A stretch of DNA of 32,000 nucleotides. Origin: Puniceicoccales bacterium. GTDB taxonomy: Bacteria; Verrucomicrobiota; Verrucomicrobiia; Opitutales; JAIRLG01. The position numbers were made by a program, and so were the translations under genes. Every line of letters starts with the position of its first letter. Position 1 is the stretch's first letter. Of the stretch, positions 27,158 to 32,000 are shown piece by piece. The notes below the pieces were generated by a model that saw nothing but the letters and a program-made list of their open reading frames with translations, did not search any database and had not been told where the DNA came from. The stretch spans positions 29,799 to 61,798 of the forward strand of contig JAITRB010000011.1 of NCBI GenBank assembly GCA_031288595.1. The letters are read 5' to 3'.

Positions 27158-27633
27158 AATGTCTGTTCAGGGTATTTTTGGCTCTACTGACAAATGACAG
27201 CTTGGGTTAGAATTGGGCCGGAAGAACGTTCAGGTGTGGGAAAGTATGTTCAGGAAGATACAAACACCTGCTGGCAAAATTTGCTGCGGAAGAGGAATGT
27301 CGATGGCGACACGCTGCTCACAACCCTCACTCTGGCCTCAGCGGATACGGCAACGTCTCCGGCTGAAACTCCTGATCTCGCTATTTCTGAAACGCTAAAT
27401 CCGCTCCTCCTGCTCCAAATGGGACTAAGGGCCAGAAGAAGAAGATGAGTCTGAATTTTCATTCAGCCAGACCCTGACAGTGCTTCTCGACTGCGGAAAA
27501 TTTCCTCAGGAAAAGGATCGGTGAAAACCCTCTACAGAGCTAAGATCACTGAGATCAATTCGCATCGCTTAAGAATAGAGATAACCTCTCCCCCAGGGGA
27601 TTGAGGAGAGGGAAATTTACCGATCAATGGGAC

Positions 27634-28041
27634 TCAGAAGCCGCCGCGGTTGCGGGAGCCGCCCGAGCGATCGCCGAAGCGATGGCCATTCCCCCGATAG
27701 CGGTCATTGAATCCACCGGAACGACGGGGACCGCTCTGGTAATCCCTCTGGAATCCTCCTCCCCCTCCTTCGCGGCGAAAATCGCGGGCCGGCCGGTCTT
27801 CCCTTGGCCTAGCCTCGTTGACAGTGAGAACCATCCCGTCGAGCTCGCTACCGTTGAGGGCCTCGATGGCCCGTGTGGCCTCCTGAGCGTCCGGCATCTC
27901 CACAAAGCCGAATCCGCGAGAACGGCCGGAAATTTTATCGGTGACGACCCGAGCCTTCGCAACTATTCCATGCACCTCGAAGGCTGTGCGGAGCGAGAGC
28001 TCGCTCGTGTCATAGGAAAGATTTCCTACATAGATATCCAT
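27634..28041 (-). CDS. RRM-type RNA-binding protein with Arg/Gly-rich C-terminal tail
   Basis: Start moved to ATG 28041 (MDIYVGNLSYDTSE...). RNP2 (IYVGNL) and RNP1 (RGFGFVEM) are present, and the tail is ...RREGGGGGFQRDYQSGPRRSGGFNDRYRGNG...SRNRGGF. The 73 codons further upstream in the track ORF look non-coding. Confidence 0.9.
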   Translation of the reverse strand: MDIYVGNLSYDTSELSLRTAFEVHGIVAKARVVTDKISGRSRGFGFVEMPDAQEATRAIEALNGSELDGMVLTVNEARPREDRPARDFRREGGGGGFQRDYQSGPRRSGGFNDRYRGNGHRFGDRSGGSRNRGGF

Positions 28042-28231
28042 AATGTCTCTCAGTGATACTCTTCTCGCCAAGTTGGGAAATCGATAAGGGGCCTCGGCGA
28101 ACAAAGACACTTCTCGACGGCTCACCGGGAACCGGCACGCCTTAGCTGAGAGACAAACGAGAAAGAAGGAATTGCAAGCTCTTAAAAGCTTCTTTAGATA
28201 AAACGCCTTTCGGCACTTTTGCGAAGAATTG

Positions 28232-28705
28232 ATGGAAATGGATCTGAAGACGGAGGTCAATGAGCTATTGGGCCGGCTGAGCCATTCCCTGCATCTGAAG
28301 CGCTTGGCCCTGGACGAAGAGGATCACTGTATCCTCCTCTTCGATGACAAAGTTATTTTGAACATGGAGTTGGATGGCGAACGTTCCCAGCTCATCGTCT
28401 ATGCCTATCTGGGCATGGTGCCGATCGAGCACAAGGAACGGATCTATGAATGGCTGCTACAGGCGAATTACTTCTGGCACGAGACCCAGGGCTCGACCCT
28501 GGCCCTCGACCGTCAGACCCAAACTCTGGTCATCCTCCGTGCCTTCACCCTGCCGCTCCGGCATCCGGAAAATTTCGAGGATGAACTGGGAGTTTTTGTG
28601 GAATCGGCCGAGCATTGGATCCAGCAATTGGAGGATTGCCTGGCTCGGGCCGAAGAAGCCGCTCGCTACGACCGCGAACATGGACCCAGTAGGGAAGAAG
28701 TTTAA
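28232..28705 (+). CDS. Type III secretion chaperone, CesT/SycE-like (class I)
   Basis: About 157 aa, acidic. The pattern LGRLSHSLHLKRLALDEEDHCILLFDDKVILNMELDGERSQLIVYAYLG...YEWLLQANYFWHETQGSTLALDRQTQTLVILRAF...FEDELGVFVESAEHWIQQL matches the alpha-beta-beta-beta-alpha-beta-beta-alpha layout and conserved positions of CesT-family chaperones such as chlamydial Slc1/Scc-type, as I remember them. The track start at 28229 is TTG; the first ATG is at 28232. Confidence 0.7.
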   Translation: MEMDLKTEVNELLGRLSHSLHLKRLALDEEDHCILLFDDKVILNMELDGERSQLIVYAYLGMVPIEHKERIYEWLLQANYFWHETQGSTLALDRQTQTLVILRAFTLPLRHPENFEDELGVFVESAEHWIQQLEDCLARAEEAARYDREHGPSREEV

Positions 28706-28717
28706 GAGGCAGTCAAT

Positions 28718-28987
28718 ATGGATGGGCCCAGCATTTCATCCCTGAGAAATCCCATGATCGGGACCATTCGATCTCCAGCTGCCGGGGTGACTTCATCTGC
28801 GCTGGCGAAGCGCTCAGTGATCCAGGCTTCCTCCGGTGGCGGCCAGGTGACGACACTGCGCCAGGTGCGCCAATCCGCAACGGCGGCATTCGCCGGCCGC
28901 CCTTCTCCCTTGGGGGGACATCGGGCTAAGTTGTTATCGGCAAGAGAAGTTCCCGCCATGCTGGAACGGCTCTTCGGCCGGAACTAA
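28718..28987 (+). CDS. Hypothetical small Ser/Ala/Gly/Arg-rich protein immediately downstream of the T3S chaperone (coding status uncertain)
   Basis: 89 aa. The ATG lies 12 nt after the chaperone stop, with agagg 7 nt upstream. There is no TM segment and the composition looks disordered. An overlapping minus-strand ORF (28702-28959) is an equally unrecognisable alternative. Confidence 0.3.
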   Translation: MDGPSISSLRNPMIGTIRSPAAGVTSSALAKRSVIQASSGGGQVTTLRQVRQSATAAFAGRPSPLGGHRAKLLSAREVPAMLERLFGRN

Positions 28988-29063
28988 AACCCCTCCTGAG
29001 CGCAGGCGATTTTCCTCAAATTTCGGATTTCCCCAAGTTGCCAAGCCCGAGTGCAGGGGAAAC

Positions 29064-29453
29064 TCAGTTTCCCGTCTGCCGCTCTTCCTGCGACAGTGGC
29101 TGCAGCCACTCCACAAAGGACTGAAATTCCCTATGGATCCATTCCCATTGAGCCGGAATATCCCGACGTGCCACCCAGAGCAGGTCGATTCCGGAGGGCA
29201 GTTCGTGCTGATGCTGGCGAAAGGCCTCCCGCATGAGGCGCTTCAATCGATGCCGAAAACAGGACGGTCCTATCTTCTTGCCCACCACCATGGCGATGCG
29301 GGCAAGCGGAGGGGCCTGATCCTCCCGTGCTAAAAAGCCGTACTTCAGGAATGAGTGAATGCCATCTACCCGCGCGCGCGTTCCCCTCAGGGAAGCGAAG
29401 TCTTCTGCCCGATGCAGGCGTTGTTGTCGACAGAATTTCAGTGAGAGAGCCAA
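29064..29453 (-). CDS. rnpA: Ribonuclease P protein component
   Basis: 129 aa with a TTG start 5 nt after the rpmH stop. RLHRAEDFASLRG...MVVGKKIGPSCFRHRLKRLMREAFR contains the RNR-like basic motif. rpmH-rnpA synteny supports the call. Confidence 0.88.
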   Translation of the reverse strand: MALSLKFCRQQRLHRAEDFASLRGTRARVDGIHSFLKYGFLAREDQAPPLARIAMVVGKKIGPSCFRHRLKRLMREAFRQHQHELPSGIDLLWVARRDIPAQWEWIHREFQSFVEWLQPLSQEERQTGN

Positions 29454-29457
29454 GGGC

Positions 29458-29610
29458 TCAAGCCTTGACCCGTGTCGGAACCGCGAGCAAGCGGCGGCCC
29501 TTCCGGCGCCGATTGGCCAACACTTTCCGCCCAGAGGCCGTTGCCAGGCGTGCGCGAAAGCCGAAATTTCTGGCCCGTCGGATTTTGGAAGGATGATAGG
29601 TGGGCTTCAT
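29458..29610 (-). CDS. rpmH: 50S ribosomal protein L34
   Basis: Start moved to ATG 29610. [44 protein letters not shown]... is a canonical L34 sequence. Confidence 0.95.
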   Translation of the reverse strand: MKPTYHPSKIRRARNFGFRARLATASGRKVLANRRRKGRRLLAVPTRVKA

Positions 29611-29693
29611 GGGATTCGAATATGTAGGGAGCTGAAGCAAAGAGGCTCTTCCTCCCTGTCAAGTCCGGAGCATGAGCTACCTGTATCCTTCCG

Positions 29694-29793
29694 CGCGCGA
29701 CGGCCCTTTTTCAAAGAAAAAGGGACATTCCTCCGGAATGTCCTCGTCTGTTTTGCGGCGCACCGCGCCGCAAAACAGACGGGCCTTCGCGCG
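29694..29793 (-). repeat. Four-way-junction palindromic element, copy H (variant closing stem; short-short-long)
   Basis: Closing stem cgcgcgacggcc (29694-29705) pairs with ggccttcgcgcg (29782-29793), with one mismatch. Inside are ctttttc-aaa-gaaaaag (29706-29722), ggacattcc-tcc-ggaatgtcc (29723-29743) and cgtctgttttgcggcgc-acc-gcgccgcaaaacagacg (29745-29781). It lies between hldC-like and rpmH. Confidence 0.85.
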
Positions 29794-29817
29794 ACAGAGC
29801 TACCTTTCTCGACCTCC

Positions 29818-30306
29818 CTAAGGTCCTCGGCGCAGGCGTTCGATGAGACCGGTCGTGCTGTAGCCCTCCCAAAAAGGGACGAAGCAGATGCGGCAAGCGA
29901 TGCGCTCCAGAGCCAAACGTTCCGCGGGATGGAGCTTCTCTAGCGAATAATCTCCGGATTTGACATAGATATCCGGACGGAACTGCTCCAGCTCCTCCGC
30001 CAGCTGCTTCCCGTGAAAGGCGAATACTCCGTGAACACAGGCCAGAGCGCCGAGCATAAGAGCTCTCTCCTTCAAACTCTGGATGGGCCGTCCAGAGCCC
30101 TTCAGCTGCCGAACGCTCTCATCATCATTGATGGCCACCCAGAGCTGATCGCCTAACTGCGAAGCCGCCTGCAGGGCAGCGACATGGCCCACGTGGAGCA
30201 GGTCGAAGCAGCCATTGGTGAGGACGATGCTCTGTCCCGAGCACCGGTGGCGCAGGGCGAGGGCCTCGGCCCACGGGTAGTACTTGTCGCTACTGGGCGT
30301 TTCCAC
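29818..30306 (-). CDS. D-beta-D-heptose 1-phosphate adenylyltransferase (RfaE domain II / HldC-like cytidylyltransferase)
   Basis: 162 aa with a GTG start that overlaps the nusB 3' end by 17 nt. The nucleotidyltransferase motif TNGCFDLLHVGH, VAINDDESV and a C-terminal YSTTGLIERL are present. Confidence 0.85.
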   Translation of the reverse strand: METPSSDKYYPWAEALALRHRCSGQSIVLTNGCFDLLHVGHVAALQAASQLGDQLWVAINDDESVRQLKGSGRPIQSLKERALMLGALACVHGVFAFHGKQLAEELEQFRPDIYVKSGDYSLEKLHPAERLALERIACRICFVPFWEGYSTTGLIERLRRGP

Positions 30307-30793
30307 AGGGCAGGACGAGGCGAATGGATGCTTTGGCTGGAACCTGGCGCAGTGGGCGTTCCACCCTATCCTTCAGGCGATCCAGCAGGCCGTTGATGAA
30401 GCACCCGCTTTCGGAGGAGGAAAGGGCCTTGGCAATCTCGATGGCCTCATCGATGATGACAAGGGTTGGGATATTCTCGCTGAAAAACAGCTCGTAGAGT
30501 GCCAGTCGCAGGATGCAGAGGTCGACCTTCGCCATGCGCGACAGCTTCCAATGTATTGCCTGGGAAGCAATCTGCCCATCGATGAAGGGGATTTGCCCTA
30601 AAACCCCCTGGATCAACTCCCGAGCGAAGGGGAAATTTGCCGGAGCATAGGCGAGCATTTGGCAAAAGTCCGAAAAAAGTTCCGGGGAAAATGCCTTCTC
30701 TTCGCGCTGAACACATAGATAGAGGAACTGCACAGCGGCGATGCGATTGGCATGACGGGCAGAAGCTCCTCTTTCCCGAATTTCGGCATGCAT
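30290..30793 (-). CDS. nusB: Transcription antitermination factor NusB
   Basis: 167 aa with an ATG start. RHANRIAAVQFLY...LSRMAKVDLCILRLALYEL...IPTLVIIDEAIEIAKALSSSESGCFINGLLD matches the NusB helical fold signature. Confidence 0.88.
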   Translation of the reverse strand: MHAEIRERGASARHANRIAAVQFLYLCVQREEKAFSPELFSDFCQMLAYAPANFPFARELIQGVLGQIPFIDGQIASQAIHWKLSRMAKVDLCILRLALYELFFSENIPTLVIIDEAIEIAKALSSSESGCFINGLLDRLKDRVERPLRQVPAKASIRLVLPCGNAQ

Positions 30794-30952
30794 GAGATGA
30801 TCTCAGGGTGAAGCCGCCATGTAATCCCGATTGGAGACGAGGTCAATGCCGAAGACATGTTCAGGCAAGGGACGATCGGGCAAGTGCAGCGATTCTTGCC
30901 AGGAGGGAGATCCTGCTGCCCTCTGCGCAACTGCGGAGGTGCCTCATAAGGA

Positions 30953-30980
30953 TTGACCCAGGCGATTCTTTTTAAAGAAT
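30953..30980 (+). promoter_or_regulatory. Candidate sigma-70 promoter for the Inc-like gene
   Basis: TTGACC (30953-30958), a 16-nt spacer, then AAGAAT (30975-30980). GGGAGG (31003-31008) sits 8 nt before ATG 31017. This is a motif match only. Confidence 0.3.
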
Positions 30981-31016
30981 AGGAGGAGCGATTGGGGATT
31001 TCGGGAGGCACGGATC

Positions 31017-32000
31017 ATGGATGAGTTCAGGGTGAGAAATACGGCCGCTCTGGCGGCGGCAATCGGCGCCGATATTATAGATATCCATGGGGCCATTCAA
31101 CTCTTCCATTCCTCGCTTGGCTCCCAGACCCTTGCCCGATCGATGGCATCGGGCATCGATGATGCTCTTCACCAAACACTCAGGGACAAGATCGCTCTTA
31201 AAGTTCAATCGATCAAAGAGTCTATCGAGAGCATTTCAAAGGGAACTCCCGAAAGGGGCATTGCGCTATTAAATGTCTTGCGCAATGCAGAAACGCCCGT
31301 CATGACCCTTCTGGACGAGCTGCAGAACGCACCCAGTTCACCAGATCCCGTAACCTGGCTGCTGCAGGCGCGCAAATTGGATAAATATTTCTTAAAAGCC
31401 TTGGGATTGCGCGAGGGCATGGCCAGGGCCGAATGCCGAGAAATCCTGAGCCGGCGCCTCGAGTCCGTCCTAAAGGAACTAGGTATCGATTCAGGGATTC
31501 GCAGTCTCTGCAAGCTGGCCATATGGGGAGAAGATCACTACCGCGAGCTCTCTTCAAGGCTCAAGCTTGTCTCCACCATTGCCGATGGTATAGCGAACTT
31601 AGAGGCAACACTGATCCAGAAAACAGCCGACCTTCTGGGGAAAGACATCCGTCCCGACAGGAGAACTAAGAGCCTCTTGGGCGCTGCTGCCCTGCTGGTC
31701 GTCGTAGGCTGCGCCTGCTGTCCTCCTCTTGCCGTGGCCATCGGAATCCTGATAGGAATATGTCTTCTAAGCAAGGCCGTCAGTTTTCTGGTCGAAAAGA
31801 TCGACGAGAATCTCGTCCAAAGTATCCTGAAGGGACAGGACCCTTCCTGGAAGCAGTTTTTTTCCGATGTGTTTCAGGAGGCCGATGCAAGGCTGGCCGA
31901 TATGGCGGAGCTAGCCGGTCGGGCAGCCCTTCCTCTCATGCCTGCTTCCTTCGGAGAGGCCATGCGCAAGGACGCAAGCGACGAAATGCCTTCTCCTTCA
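31017..32000 (+). CDS. Hypothetical membrane protein with a bilobed hydrophobic domain (Inc-like candidate T3S substrate); 3' end outside window
   Basis: The frame is open from ATG 31017 (the first start after TGA 30954-30956) to the window end, at least 328 codons. It is not in the ORF track because no stop falls inside the window. The protein is helical and soluble-looking up to about residue 218, then SLLGAAALLVVVGCACC-PP-LAVAIGILIGICLLSKAVSFLV (about nt 31671-31790). There is no N-terminal signal peptide. Confidence 0.7.
   Translation, partial: MDEFRVRNTAALAAAIGADIIDIHGAIQLFHSSLGSQTLARSMASGIDDALHQTLRDKIALKVQSIKESIESISKGTPERGIALLNVLRNAETPVMTLLDELQNAPSSPDPVTWLLQARKLDKYFLKALGLREGMARAECREILSRRLESVLKELGIDSGIRSLCKLAIWGEDHYRELSSRLKLVSTIADGIANLEATLIQKTADLLGKDIRPDRRTKSLLGAAALLVVVGCACCPPLAVAIGILIGICLLSKAVSFLVEKIDENLVQSILKGQDPSWKQFFSDVFQEADARLADMAELAGRAALPLMPASFGEAMRKDASDEMPSPS

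Noticed and set aside
27601-28056. 151-aa plus-strand ORF
   Set aside because: It is antisense to the well-supported RRM protein gene, and its sequence mirrors the Gly/Arg-rich tail on the opposite strand.
28702-28959. 85-aa minus-strand ORF downstream of rnpA
   Set aside because: It has no recognisable family (it is not YidD-like) and no obvious RBS. It overlaps the plus-strand small ORF, which has better start context. Neither is certain, so only the plus-strand candidate is listed, at low confidence.

Overview
This is a gene-dense, mostly housekeeping chromosomal segment from a moderately GC-rich bacterium. I call about 31 CDS (two truncated by the window edges), 2 tRNAs, 1 probable pseudogene and no rRNA, CRISPR array or recognisable transposase. 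In window order the genes are: nrdD (3' part); a minus-strand block of M24 aminopeptidase, lepB, truA, a TPR-like protein, a SpoU/TrmH methyltransferase, dprA and an alpha/beta hydrolase; then lptF/G-like, prc-like S41 protease, LysM lipoprotein, dnaG-rpoD, RluA-family synthase, tRNA(CAT), an SDR epimerase, tRNA-Pro(GGG), murJ, rplY-pth-rpsF-ssb-rplI, D-2-hydroxyacid dehydrogenase, dCMP deaminase, a decayed AT-richer spacer, an RRM RNA-binding protein, a CesT-like type III secretion chaperone, rnpA-rpmH, hldC/rfaE-II, nusB, and a 3'-truncated protein with an Inc-like bilobed hydrophobic domain. The sigma-70 architecture, the T3S chaperone and the Inc-like protein suggest a PVC-superphylum (chlamydia- or verrucomicrobia-like) host. 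That lineage call is an inference from remembered family features, not a database result. The main unexplained signal is a family of eight intergenic elements, each about 90-100 nt. Each has a 10-13 bp closing stem that encloses three directly abutting hairpins, most with 3-nt loops. The architecture is conserved while the stem sequences co-vary. The elements occupy eight of roughly eighteen sizeable spacers, and one inverted pair exactly brackets the prc gene. ORF-track starts use alternative start codons and are often too far upstream, so I corrected several. Many long antisense ORFs are shadow ORFs.
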